This document shows, piece by piece, positions 18,578 to 29,115 of a DNA stretch of 64,000 nucleotides (the first letter of the stretch is position 1; each line of letters begins with the position of its first letter). A program made the translations under genes and the position numbers. The notes under the pieces are model-generated. The model saw nothing but the letters and a program-made list of their open reading frames with translations. It made no database searches and was not told the DNA's origin. Location of the stretch: the IMG/VR virus record IMGVR_UViG_3300032295_003392, positions 1-64,000 of that record. One strand, given 5' to 3'. The stretch is from a virus. Its lineage: Duplodnaviria > Caudoviricetes.

Positions 18578-18835
18578 ATGAAAAATAAAAAAGTCATTCT
18601 GAAATTTATTTTGATATTTCTTATAAGTTTTATTGTGACCGAACTTGTAGAACATATACTTAATCAATATTTTTGGTTTGATTTTAAGATGATGACTGTG
18701 GGGTGGTTTGGTCTTATGGTTTTCTATGGTTTCAAGTACCACATTATTTGTTGTTTATTTCCTGCTATTTGGGCTGGATATAAATGCAGACATAAATCTT
18801 GCGAACATGAATATTGTCATGATGAAAAAAAATAA
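18578..18835 (+). CDS. Small membrane protein with Cys/His-rich C-tail
   Basis: Two to three hydrophobic segments; tail CRHKSCEHEYCHDEKK. Confidence 0.65.
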   Translation: MKNKKVILKFILIFLISFIVTELVEHILNQYFWFDFKMMTVGWFGLMVFYGFKYHIICCLFPAIWAGYKCRHKSCEHEYCHDEKK

Positions 18836-18843
18836 ATTTATCT

Positions 18844-19188
18844 ATGGCTATTAAAAAACTAACAAATACAAGTGCTACTTGTGGAAATATTTTTCCTGGA
18901 ACTAGCACCACTACCGCAAATCCTTACTATTGGGGAACTACGACTACAGGTACCTCAACAGGTGTTTCTAATCTAACTATTACCCCCAGTACTCTTGTAT
19001 CAAATAGTAATTCTATAAGTTGGAGTGATGGTGTTTTTATGAACTCAGATATTATTGAATATATAGATATATTCTATCAGTTTATGGGAATTGATATGGA
19101 TTATGTAAGGTTTTCTAAAATGACTAAAGAAGAAAAGAAAGGATTTATTAGAGACCTTAAACTACAAAAAATAATTGACGACAAATGA
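18844..19188 (+). CDS. Hypothetical protein, Thr/Ser-rich N-half and RDLKLQKII tail
   Basis: 114-aa ORF; ATGA overlap with rpsU. Confidence 0.65.
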   Translation: MAIKKLTNTSATCGNIFPGTSTTTANPYYWGTTTTGTSTGVSNLTITPSTLVSNSNSISWSDGVFMNSDIIEYIDIFYQFMGIDMDYVRFSKMTKEEKKGFIRDLKLQKIIDDK

Positions 19189-19379
19189 TTATAATTGAGG
19201 TACAAGGTGGAAAAGATGGATTAGAAAAAGCCTTGAAAAAGTTTAAAAGAAAGTTCGATAAAATCGGCATTACAAAAGAACTCAGAAGAAGAAAAGAGTT
19301 TACAAAACCCTCCGTTGAAAGAAGAAATGAAATCAAGAAAGCTAAGTGGAGGCAAATGAAACTAGATGAGTTAAATTAA
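19185..19379 (+). CDS. rpsU: Ribosomal protein bS21
   Basis: LEKALKKFKRKFDK...ELRRRKEFTKPSVERR, typical Bacteroidota-like S21. Confidence 0.95.
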   Translation: MIIIEVQGGKDGLEKALKKFKRKFDKIGITKELRRRKEFTKPSVERRNEIKKAKWRQMKLDELN

Positions 19380-19382
19380 TTT

Positions 19383-20120
19383 ATGGATATTAAGGAACAT
19401 TTAGATAAAAATCTTTATGGTATCCTTGGTGTATCAAAGGATGCTACACTCAAAGAAATAAAAAAGGCTTATTACTCTTTGAGCAAGGTCTACCATCCTG
19501 ACGCTAATAAAGAATCAGACCCATTAATATTTAATGAAATAACTATTGCTTACGACATTCTCAGTAATGAGGATAGAGAAGAGTGGGATAGGAAGAGTAA
19601 ATGGGGTAAGGACTATGATGAATCCCAAGAGCTATTAGATTTTGAATTTGACACCTTGAAGAAAGGGTGGGATCCGGATATCTATGAGAACTGGAAAAGT
19701 GAAAACCAGTTAAATATACTTTTATATGTCGATAAAGATTTCAAAGGAAAAGTTGAATACGAAAGATATGTGAGTTGTAAGACCTGTTCTGGTAGTGGAA
19801 AAGATTTAGATTCCAAAATAACTATCAGAGATGATGCAGGCAATGTTCTAAAAATATTTGAGGGTACTGATGGGTGTGACTTTTGCGAAGGTACTGGTAA
19901 AAGTTGGATAGGTCAAGATTGTAGTTTTTGTGGTGGGAAAGGAAAAGTTGGTAATGAAGATTGTAAAACCTGCAATGGTGAAAAAAGGATTCTTGGGAAA
20001 CAAAAACTAAAAGGAATCAAAATAAAAAAGGGCGAAGAAGCTCACCAAGTCAAATTCATGGGAAATGTATCCAAGGAAGATAAGGATATATTCGGAGACC
20101 TATGGGTTATTCTTCGCTGA
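19383..20120 (+). CDS. dnaJ: DnaJ-like co-chaperone (J domain plus zinc finger, truncated C-terminus)
   Basis: HPD motif; CKTCSGSG, CDFCEGTG, CSFCGGKG, CKTCNGEK; ends FGDLWVIL. Confidence 0.88.
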   Translation: MDIKEHLDKNLYGILGVSKDATLKEIKKAYYSLSKVYHPDANKESDPLIFNEITIAYDILSNEDREEWDRKSKWGKDYDESQELLDFEFDTLKKGWDPDIYENWKSENQLNILLYVDKDFKGKVEYERYVSCKTCSGSGKDLDSKITIRDDAGNVLKIFEGTDGCDFCEGTGKSWIGQDCSFCGGKGKVGNEDCKTCNGEKRILGKQKLKGIKIKKGEEAHQVKFMGNVSKEDKDIFGDLWVILR

Positions 20121-23100
20121 CCACATCGTCCCCTAAATCTATCTCCTCAAACGGTTCTGAGTAATTATTGGCGATTGAGGATTTACCCGGGGTTATTGAA
20201 ATTCTATTTTGATTATTAATCACTCTGAAATCTATTCCCAAGTCAACGTTTCCTACAAAGTCAAAAGATGTGTCAGTGTAATCTATTATAGGAGCCACTG
20301 CAACTATAGGATTTTTAACTGTCAAATCAATCGATGCCGTTGCCGATGGGTAATATTTGAAGAACGGAATCATATCCACCTCATATAATCCTATTCTTTT
20401 CAATTGTATATTCATATTTGTTCTATAAATAACTGGGTCTGGGTTCTGATTAGTAAGTATATCTTGCACACCTATAGTAATATCAAGATTATTCAGGTTA
20501 TAAAAATACTCTGATATGGATGTCGTAGATTGAAAGTTCTTAGGTACTAATGTCTGTTGTGGTTGTGTTGCTGTATCAACAAAGTCAAAAGAATATACAC
20601 CATTGAAATTTGGAATTGTCTTAGGGGTCTCCACATCAGCTCGGTAATACCTATTTTCGGGTAGATTTCTAACAAAAGTATTTTTTAGATAAATATTAAA
20701 TCTACCTCTCGATATTTTACCCGGAAAGGTTATATCAAGTACACCCAAAGAAGCTGTACTACTAAGGTTCGAAATCACAGTCATTTCTGTTACCCCACCA
20801 TTATTTAATTGATGGGGGGAATTCCATCCGGTTATACTATCAACGGAATAAGTCCAACCATTATTTGTTAGATTTAATAATCCCAAACTTGGTATGTTCG
20901 AGGCAAATGGTCTTTTGAACTGACCATAATCAACACCGGTTTCTTCATTAAATAGTTTATTAGAATATGCAACACCTTTTGTCCCTAACTTGTATTCAGT
21001 AACAACATTCGTCCTACTATTTCTCAAGTATGATGTACTACTCAACACATCATCTGTAGCATACCCATTTAAGTTTGGAATTATAGCTTCTGTTTTTTTA
21101 GGTATTTGTTGAGATTTAGTGCTTGTTCCATACAATATCACATCGAAATTTAAGTTTACTGATGAGTTTGTTCTATATACAACATCTATCCAGGATTGAT
21201 AAGAGTTTGAAGGCGCCTGTGCCAAATTCTTATCTTTGAAAATAAAGTTCTGTATCAGTCCAGTATTATAACTAGGTAACCCATTGGATGTTGGGATATT
21301 TATCGATTTGAAATGACCACCTTCGAAATATCCATCGACAAAATGTGAATCAAACATCTCTGTGGTAGATGGACTTCCTCTAAAAACACCATTAACCCAA
21401 ACACCTTGGAAAAAACCGTTCAAGAAAACACCGTTAAGCCATATATTCTGAGTCAAATATATCAGGTGATTAGTTGAATCTTTAACTATTTGCCTTATTT
21501 CAAAATTGGGCACGAACTCCAATGTAACTTGATTTAGGGCAACATTTATACTCCTAACTTTGAAACTTTGTCTCAATAATCTTCTCTTACCATTTATGTC
21601 AATAGAGACTATATTACCAATAGAAATTCTTCTTGTAGTTGTTATTCTCGATACACCATCAAACAATTGAATAGTTATTATCCAAGTCGTGTTGTTTAAT
21701 TTATAAGTCTTTGATTGAACCACATCTGTTGCCCTAACCAAATCTTGAATGGTCAATGGAAACCAATCAGCGGACCTGTATCCATTATTCCACACACCAT
21801 TTTCCCAAGTACCTGATTTGAAAATTCCATTTCCAAATTTCAATCCAACATCAGAACCATCAGATGATAGGGTTTGATACACCACATCTGGAGTAGATGG
21901 TAGATTAACAGTTCGGTCTATTAAGTTTACCGATTCTTGTAGTATATTATTTAAGCTAGGGTGATATGTTATTATTTTTGTAGTAACTCTAGCATTTAAA
22001 ATTCTCAGTATACCATTCGATTTTTTGGAAATGTAAAATTGTTTTCCAGATAAATCGACCGTATTATCCGTAGTAACATAATATGAAAATTTCAAACTAT
22101 ATATCTTAGCATAATAATCATATATTTCTTGCCCATTTTTTGTATAATGATATTCATCACTATCAAGAGCGAATCTAGAGAATGACAATGATCCTACATA
22201 TACCTCCACCTCAACAGTTTTAGCTAACTCAACAGCAACGGATAATGTTACTGTATATTGTTGACCCACTTGGGTGAAGAACGAGGTTGTACCACCGGTA
22301 ACCGCATAAAGATTAACAGACTCCGGCACATCGACCAGTGAAACAAATGTTGTTGGGTCATACCTACTGAAAATATTATAACCGTTTAATAAAGACCCTA
22401 GATTGTAAGAATTCTGACCACCATAAGTTACAATATTATAATCCCTTGAAGTTTCTACCCTTGCAGGTACCTTTACTAAGTAAGAAATTCCACCTATTTC
22501 CAAACTACCATTTTTTGTAGATTTGACCCGGTTAAATGTCCTCTCAATCTTCCAAGTTGACTTTAAAAGTGGACTTCCAGTAATACTAGCCTTTCTTGGT
22601 GAAGAAAATCCTCCTCCACCACTAATAGTATAGACCAAACCATCATAGGTTTCGGACTGAGAAAATGTCCACCCGGATGAGCCAGTAAGACCATCATTCC
22701 TGACAAGAGTTTCAGCAGAGGCACTAAAAACATTTATCATGTGAAATGGCTCGTTAGTAAAAGATAATGTGGCACCAGTTGATTGTATAAATTCCGCACG
22801 ATAGTCACCAACTTTCAAAAATATTTCCTTTTCCCTACCATCTATCATTGCATAAGTACCGGTTGCATCCAATGCAACTTTAGAAAAGTCATAAGGAGAT
22901 CCATCCCAATTGCCATTTCTCCAAGTACCATCCATCCAGAATATATTTTCAGCAGTTCCATATTCCCAAGTACCATTTTCCCATTTGGCACCGGACATAT
23001 AACCAGATTTAAATAAACCTCTTTTCCAATTTGAATACCAAAATGAACCCGTTTTAAAAATCCCATCGAACCACACAGCGTTTTCACCAAAAGTTGAATT

Positions 23101-26100
23101 TGAAAAACTACCAGTGAAATCTCTGTCTATGTACGGATTGAACACCCCACCATCAAATGTGCCTCTTCTGAAAGACCCATTCAACCATAAGGAATTCACT
23201 ATAGAAGCACTGTCATGAGTAAATGTTCCACCCATCCACAAAACGTTCTCGAAAGCCGTCTGAACAGGTTGATTACCAATCTGAACCTCAATATCTTGAC
23301 CAGCGTTAGTTCCTTCTTGGTCTGGCAACTCAGTTAGATTTTTCAAAACATAACCATCTTTCCAAATACCATAATATTCTGTTGTAAAACTATTGGCATA
23401 ATCGAATTCATAAATAGAGGAACTGCTTGATATTATTCCAGATGTTGTACCACTTCCAAAAAATTTACCATTTGCAAAATAACCATTATTCCAAAATCTA
23501 CCTGAGAAAATACCTGATATAAATCTACCACCATACCAAACTGAGTTTGCCGTCAAACCGCCATATCCGAAATCACCAGAGTTGAAATTACCAGCTTCCC
23601 ATGAATAGTCGGTTGGGTTTGATGATGAATTTGTTGGACCAACATTTTCCCACCCATAGTAAGACCAGAATTTACCATTATTAAATGTACCATCCTTCCA
23701 TCTCGCTAAATGTGTTATTCGGCTACCATTAAACTCACCATTGTACCATATTGTTTCATTTGAATCTGTTGCGCCATAACTGGTTAGTTCACCAGAATTA
23801 AATATACCATTATACCAATATACTTTTCCATAACCACCCATTAAAGCATTTTCAACGGTTCCTAATCTCCACAAAGATTGTGTCTCACCTATACTCAAAT
23901 AGTTATAGTGCCCGAATGTAGTATCTTTGTAAGATAAATTGTTTCTTCCGAGTGTACCGTTTACCCAAGTACCCCCATAGAAATCGGAATAATAGAATTT
24001 ACCATTTAAAAAATCACCACCTAACCAAATAGAATTGAAAAACTCACCAGTCTGAAACTTTCCAGACAACCAACCCCTCCATATAACATTACTATCGAAA
24101 CTAAGAGACTCACCAGTGTAATCCTCACCTTGATTCATCCCTCTTGAATTTATAACTCTACCACTTAGGAAATTACCATTTTGCCAGAAACCCGATGAGA
24201 AAATTCCACTACTAAACGTACCACCATTCCAAATAGCACTATGTACTATTCCAGAATTAAAATTACCGTCGACAAAATGAGATTTGTAGATGACACCATC
24301 ATTTATTGTCAAATTATTTGATTTGAAAATAATATTTATCAATCGTAAATTATTCAAATTGTTGGGTAATAAATCACTATCGAAATTATTAAATGATGGG
24401 TTATCAAAGACAATATTTTTGAAAGATGACCTTTTGAAAAATCCAGAAATGATTGTGGAATTTTCGATTGAGAGTTTACTCAAAGTTGTATATGTATTAG
24501 TCTCTGCCCCAAATATTGAATAAGTGGCACCAAATTGTTTGAACGATTCAGTTGAAAATTGAGGTGTTATCGTTACAATCGTATTTGTGTTATTTCTTGA
24601 TGGGGTATTAGTAACCAACCATCTTCCAGAAAGTGATACAGAATATGTACCATATAAATACTCAACAGAGTTTAACCAAACAGAGTCACCTCTTTTTATA
24701 TCAAAACCTTGAGTGTCATGAGTCGAATCATATTTCCTGTTTCTTAAATAAACACTAAGTTGTGTATCGGAAAAATACTGAATATTCAATGACCCATTAT
24801 TGTTATCAATAATATTACCAAAATAATTTTGATTATAACCACCTCTCCAAGTTGAGTTTATAAATAATCCACTCCTTATATCCGAAACTTTGATGTAATT
24901 CCCTTCAAATGCGCTTTTAGTATCATTTATAGGCAATTTGGTGAAATCCGAACCAAGAGATATTGAACTTGGTTTGTAAACTTTATTCGAGTTCAAATCA
25001 AGATACCACCCAAATGAATCACTGTCTATATCTATGGAACTGTAATTTACTACATTTGGTACAGTAGTATGTTTTTTAAATATTTGTGGGGCTGTTATAT
25101 AATCTGTCAAAAATGTATTAGCATCAACAAAACCTGGATTCGTAAAATCCTCCGTACTGTTTAGACAAGCATATAAATAATTCAAGTCATCATTCGGTTC
25201 ATAACCCAAGACATAATCATCAACAGTATTTATTAATGTGGAATCATAAATGCCACTATATGTCCCCATTCTTTTCCAGGCATAATCTACAATAACTCCC
25301 AAATCTTCACTACCTGGTATTGGATTACTATCTGTAAAACCTGTATATTTATAAATTGTATCTATGGAATTAGCAAGACCAAGAACATAACTACCCGAAG
25401 CGTAAACCCCAAATTCATCCCAGTTTCCGTTATAATTTTCAATTCTTTCCCAATACTGTATCGAATTTATAGTATCGACATTTGGATGAAAATACTCTGT
25501 TGTTACTTGTTCGGTTGTCTCTTCTACAAAAAATTTGGTTTTATTCACATTTATTGGTTTCAAGGAAACACTTATAACTGCCTTTCTATCTGGAGTATCA
25601 GGTGTGGTGTAAATTTCGTAATCATCATATAAATCCATCAAATACTTATTTTCAATCGACAAATGCACACGGTCATCCGAATTTAGATTTGTTAGAAAAT
25701 AGTCTTTGTTTATTTTTTCGATGTAAAGAGAATCACCCTTTTCCAATCTAAGGAAATCTTTATCACTTATGTATAATTTTAAAACACCACGTATGGGTTC
25801 GAAATCAGTACGGGTGTAATTAGCTAAGCTTGGTTCAAATGTTGGGTCATATGACCAAATATCAGCATCCAAAATTTCAATCCCTCCTTCGGAAATATAC
25901 TGCGTATCATTCATCACCGAATCTATAAATTGGTTATTAACCAATTTCGATTTAAACACAACCGAATCTTTTATTATACTATCAGAAATGTTCGAATTTG
26001 CAATGTTAGTTGTGTAGACATCACAAAAGTTTAATCTACTACCATCAGTCGTCACCGAATAGGTTAATCCATTCTCATAAAATTGTTCGATTATATTTGT

Positions 26101-27360
26101 ACTATATGATAGTCCTATATTACAATTCTCAAAGTTTCCCTTTTTTACATTTGACACCTTAACATCCGAGTCTTGAATGTAATTGAAACCAAATCCTCTG
26201 TTATTTGTTATATCCCTATTTTGTAAAACGCTTTTTGTACCACCGGTGATATCAATCTTAGCAGTAAAACTCGTCCTACTCCTAGATTTATTATTCATGT
26301 CACCAAGGTTCCATTGTCCGTTTACAAAAAATCCTGAATCCCAAGTCGCATTGTCCCACTTAGCAACTCTATCATAAGAGCCAAATACGCCATCTTTATG
26401 GATTCCTTTAAACACACCATACCTAAAGTTTAATCTTGAAATAACTGGTTGTTTGTATTCTTTATCAAAAACCCAACCACCGGAATTTCCATCAGTTGGG
26501 TCCCATTTATAAACTTGCCTTTCTCTATATGTTTTTCCCTCCAAAGTAAAGTCTTCACCAATCACAACAAATCTAGTTGCTTGTCTAAAACCTGTCTCAG
26601 AAGAACTATCATCCAAATAAACCTCACCAGATGTGAACCCATTGGAAGCAGCAGCCCATAATGAATCTGATTGTTTAACAAAAAGGCTTGGTTCACTGAG
26701 TAGTATTTCAGAAGAGGGACTTACTGAACTTGTTGAACCAGTGAAAGATGTTTCGGAAAAAATCATATTTTGTCCGTATAAATATGTAGCTTGATTTCCC
26801 CTTGAGGCACGATATCCAAAAAACATAGAATACACACCCTCGGAAACAGTGGATTGTGACAAACCGATTCTTAAAGAGTTTATGTAATCAAATTGAGCTT
26901 GTGTCTTTATGTTGTGGATAAAAAATAAATCCTCTAAATTGTAATCTTTATACGGTAGGTCTCCGGTATAATCTATATCTAAAATTATTTTACACCCATC
27001 AACACCCAATACTCTATAACCATCAGAAAATTTCTCATATTTATATTTCTGTATAAAATCATCAGAATCATAAAAACCATTTAGAACGAAGACTCTATCC
27101 CCCACATTGAATTCTGTAGCTAACTCCGAATAGAAAGCGGTTTTATTCTGACCAAAAATATTTACTGGCTCAACATAATTCAACAGTTTTGAAGCGTAGA
27201 ATTCATTGCTTACCGTAGTATTTGTTATTGTCGTGGTATTTTGAGTGGCTGCAAGATTAGCAATAAGTTGAAACCCACTGTCCACCAACGGTTTTGAACT
27301 TACAACTGGAACCTTTGTTATTTTACCTTTAGATATGTTACTGAGATTATTAAGAGCCAT
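20107..27360 (-). CDS. Giant putative virion protein (2417 aa) with G-x-[FW] pentapeptide repeats
   Basis: Very long S/T/N/G-rich ORF, repeats such as GTWENGTWEYG, downstream of a TTAATATATA motif; function inferred from size and composition only. Confidence 0.6.
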   Translation of the reverse strand: MALNNLSNISKGKITKVPVVSSKPLVDSGFQLIANLAATQNTTTITNTTVSNEFYASKLLNYVEPVNIFGQNKTAFYSELATEFNVGDRVFVLNGFYDSDDFIQKYKYEKFSDGYRVLGVDGCKIILDIDYTGDLPYKDYNLEDLFFIHNIKTQAQFDYINSLRIGLSQSTVSEGVYSMFFGYRASRGNQATYLYGQNMIFSETSFTGSTSSVSPSSEILLSEPSLFVKQSDSLWAAASNGFTSGEVYLDDSSSETGFRQATRFVVIGEDFTLEGKTYRERQVYKWDPTDGNSGGWVFDKEYKQPVISRLNFRYGVFKGIHKDGVFGSYDRVAKWDNATWDSGFFVNGQWNLGDMNNKSRSRTSFTAKIDITGGTKSVLQNRDITNNRGFGFNYIQDSDVKVSNVKKGNFENCNIGLSYSTNIIEQFYENGLTYSVTTDGSRLNFCDVYTTNIANSNISDSIIKDSVVFKSKLVNNQFIDSVMNDTQYISEGGIEILDADIWSYDPTFEPSLANYTRTDFEPIRGVLKLYISDKDFLRLEKGDSLYIEKINKDYFLTNLNSDDRVHLSIENKYLMDLYDDYEIYTTPDTPDRKAVISVSLKPINVNKTKFFVEETTEQVTTEYFHPNVDTINSIQYWERIENYNGNWDEFGVYASGSYVLGLANSIDTIYKYTGFTDSNPIPGSEDLGVIVDYAWKRMGTYSGIYDSTLINTVDDYVLGYEPNDDLNYLYACLNSTEDFTNPGFVDANTFLTDYITAPQIFKKHTTVPNVVNYSSIDIDSDSFGWYLDLNSNKVYKPSSISLGSDFTKLPINDTKSAFEGNYIKVSDIRSGLFINSTWRGGYNQNYFGNIIDNNNGSLNIQYFSDTQLSVYLRNRKYDSTHDTQGFDIKRGDSVWLNSVEYLYGTYSVSLSGRWLVTNTPSRNNTNTIVTITPQFSTESFKQFGATYSIFGAETNTYTTLSKLSIENSTIISGFFKRSSFKNIVFDNPSFNNFDSDLLPNNLNNLRLINIIFKSNNLTINDGVIYKSHFVDGNFNSGIVHSAIWNGGTFSSGIFSSGFWQNGNFLSGRVINSRGMNQGEDYTGESLSFDSNVIWRGWLSGKFQTGEFFNSIWLGGDFLNGKFYYSDFYGGTWVNGTLGRNNLSYKDTTFGHYNYLSIGETQSLWRLGTVENALMGGYGKVYWYNGIFNSGELTSYGATDSNETIWYNGEFNGSRITHLARWKDGTFNNGKFWSYYGWENVGPTNSSSNPTDYSWEAGNFNSGDFGYGGLTANSVWYGGRFISGIFSGRFWNNGYFANGKFFGSGTTSGIISSSSSIYEFDYANSFTTEYYGIWKDGYVLKNLTELPDQEGTNAGQDIEVQIGNQPVQTAFENVLWMGGTFTHDSASIVNSLWLNGSFRRGTFDGGVFNPYIDRDFTGSFSNSTFGENAVWFDGIFKTGSFWYSNWKRGLFKSGYMSGAKWENGTWEYGTAENIFWMDGTWRNGNWDGSPYDFSKVALDATGTYAMIDGREKEIFLKVGDYRAEFIQSTGATLSFTNEPFHMINVFSASAETLVRNDGLTGSSGWTFSQSETYDGLVYTISGGGGFSSPRKASITGSPLLKSTWKIERTFNRVKSTKNGSLEIGGISYLVKVPARVETSRDYNIVTYGGQNSYNLGSLLNGYNIFSRYDPTTFVSLVDVPESVNLYAVTGGTTSFFTQVGQQYTVTLSVAVELAKTVEVEVYVGSLSFSRFALDSDEYHYTKNGQEIYDYYAKIYSLKFSYYVTTDNTVDLSGKQFYISKKSNGILRILNARVTTKIITYHPSLNNILQESVNLIDRTVNLPSTPDVVYQTLSSDGSDVGLKFGNGIFKSGTWENGVWNNGYRSADWFPLTIQDLVRATDVVQSKTYKLNNTTWIITIQLFDGVSRITTTRRISIGNIVSIDINGKRRLLRQSFKVRSINVALNQVTLEFVPNFEIRQIVKDSTNHLIYLTQNIWLNGVFLNGFFQGVWVNGVFRGSPSTTEMFDSHFVDGYFEGGHFKSINIPTSNGLPSYNTGLIQNFIFKDKNLAQAPSNSYQSWIDVVYRTNSSVNLNFDVILYGTSTKSQQIPKKTEAIIPNLNGYATDDVLSSTSYLRNSRTNVVTEYKLGTKGVAYSNKLFNEETGVDYGQFKRPFASNIPSLGLLNLTNNGWTYSVDSITGWNSPHQLNNGGVTEMTVISNLSSTASLGVLDITFPGKISRGRFNIYLKNTFVRNLPENRYYRADVETPKTIPNFNGVYSFDFVDTATQPQQTLVPKNFQSTTSISEYFYNLNNLDITIGVQDILTNQNPDPVIYRTNMNIQLKRIGLYEVDMIPFFKYYPSATASIDLTVKNPIVAVAPIIDYTDTSFDFVGNVDLGIDFRVINNQNRISITPGKSSIANNYSEPFEEIDLGDDVVSEE

Positions 27361-27383
27361 CCGATAATAAATACTTATTTACG

Positions 27384-27393
27384 TATATATTAA
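27384..27393 (-). promoter_or_regulatory. Putative phage-specific (late?) promoter TTAATATATA
   Basis: Exact motif 23 nt upstream of the ATG at 27360. Confidence 0.6.
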
Positions 27394-27413
27394 AGTAAAA
27401 GTTCGACCAGTCT

Positions 27414-28532
27414 TTATTTCGGAACCTTATTAAATTCTTCTTTGTCATTCGATATATAAAAGTTATCGAATAAGAAATATTTATCATATATCTCTCTTAT
27501 TTTATCGAGAGTGACTGTATCAATTATCTCTTTTACATTCCAACCTTTTGGCTGTATCCACCTATTTACATTTGTATATCTGTTTATCTTATCTTTCTCT
27601 AATTTAATGAGATAAGAATTTTTAATAGTATCAAATCTTTCTTTTGTTAAGAATTTGTCAGGGTTTTTAATAACATATTTAGTAGCATCAACAAGTTTAT
27701 CAACATTTTGTGTAGTTGTTTGTGTTGTAATACTAGTAAATCCTTGATTATTAAATCTTGACTGACCACACCTCACATAATAAACCAAACCACGTTTCTC
27801 TCTGAGCTCAACGTATAGTGGAGAAGACAAACCAAGAGACAACATAGAGTTAATAAAAGTTATGTAATGGTTATCCTCTTGAATGAGAGGGGCTGTCATT
27901 ATTAAAGATACTTTATCACCATAGTCAGGTCTTTTTTCCAATATGACATCATTGTGAGGACCCATATTTAAAATTCTATCAAAAGTTAGTTCATTGAACT
28001 CCCCATCATATCTGAATGCGTTTTTTGGAGAGACATTTATTATTTTTGATGGTTTTGAAAATTGTTTCTCAAAAAAATCCAAACCATCCATAAATCTCAT
28101 TGATTCCAAATCCTGTCTTAACCCAATCGCATCATAGTTTTGATAAAGTTTTCTTAATAAATTCAATAAGTGTGATTCAGTTTGGTCACTAAAATAGTCA
28201 CCATATTCCTGCATAACAATCTTTTTTTCATTTTCGAATTGTTCCTTTGTGATGTTAAACTCACTCATCAAATCCATTATCTCATACTTTCTTTTGCTTA
28301 GATAATCATCCAGACCAGTGAAATAAAACACTATCTCATTTTGAGATGTATAAGCATTCCATTCAATGCCTTCTTTTTCGAAAGTCTCTCTGAGATGTTC
28401 AAAGTTTTTACACATCAAATGTTCCATAAGATGAGATATACCATATATACCCCTATCTTCAAGTAAAGTAGAACCACTATAAACTATGTAAAAACCAGAA
28501 AGATTTGTTTGACTCTTTAAGTTTACAACCAT
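27414..28532 (-). CDS. M16 (insulinase-family) zinc peptidase
   Basis: GISHLMEH inverted HxxEH, WNAYTS, EKKIVMQE, LYVELREKRGLVY. Confidence 0.9.
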   Translation of the reverse strand: MVVNLKSQTNLSGFYIVYSGSTLLEDRGIYGISHLMEHLMCKNFEHLRETFEKEGIEWNAYTSQNEIVFYFTGLDDYLSKRKYEIMDLMSEFNITKEQFENEKKIVMQEYGDYFSDQTESHLLNLLRKLYQNYDAIGLRQDLESMRFMDGLDFFEKQFSKPSKIINVSPKNAFRYDGEFNELTFDRILNMGPHNDVILEKRPDYGDKVSLIMTAPLIQEDNHYITFINSMLSLGLSSPLYVELREKRGLVYYVRCGQSRFNNQGFTSITTQTTTQNVDKLVDATKYVIKNPDKFLTKERFDTIKNSYLIKLEKDKINRYTNVNRWIQPKGWNVKEIIDTVTLDKIREIYDKYFLFDNFYISNDKEEFNKVPK

Positions 28533-28533
28533 A

Positions 28534-29049
28534 TCAATAAAATGAAATCACGATTTGTTCTGACTCTTCGAATACATCCGCTGTAAATGTTTTTGAAAAA
28601 TCTATTATGGACTTTTTTACTTGTTGTGTATTGAAAGTTTTTTCATTGCTTCCAGATGTTTTTCGTGCAGATATTCCAGAATCAACTATCTCACTTATTT
28701 TTTGAATTTTAAAAACCTCTTTTTCTTCCTCACTCTTTTCAACTTGAGCATTTTCAACATATATTGAAAAGTTAATTAAATCGGTTATTTCTTCAATTGG
28801 GATAATCACAGAATTTCCCTCTATCTTAGAAATTTTCTTCATTTTCTCAACCATTTTCAATTTATTTGTAAATGTTGAAGAAAACCTTTCGCTCAAAAAA
28901 TTAAAAAGAATATTATTGTAAAAAGATTCACAAGTCTTATCAAGGAATTTTTCCTCTGTGATACCCAATCTTTTTAGTTCAAAATCATTCCTACTCAATC
29001 CCTCCTTATAGGCATTTATAAAGGAATATCTATTTTTATCTATAAACAT
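28534..29049 (-). CDS. Hypothetical protein
   Basis: 171-aa ORF following TTAATATATA at 29067-29076. Confidence 0.65.
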   Translation of the reverse strand: MFIDKNRYSFINAYKEGLSRNDFELKRLGITEEKFLDKTCESFYNNILFNFLSERFSSTFTNKLKMVEKMKKISKIEGNSVIIPIEEITDLINFSIYVENAQVEKSEEEKEVFKIQKISEIVDSGISARKTSGSNEKTFNTQQVKKSIIDFSKTFTADVFEESEQIVISFY

Positions 29050-29066
29050 TTTTTTATTGTTTTTTT

Positions 29067-29076
29067 TATATATTAA
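29067..29076 (-). promoter_or_regulatory. Putative phage-specific promoter TTAATATATA
   Basis: Exact motif 17 nt upstream of the ATG at 29049. Confidence 0.55.
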
Positions 29077-29115
29077 TAAATATTTTGCTTATTTTTGTAC
29101 CCACAAATCAAAAAT

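Noticed and set aside
29090-29097. TATTTTTG as a full host-type promoter for the CoaE-like gene
   Set aside because: Matches the -7 box but has no correctly spaced -33 TTTG, so it was not counted among the ten.
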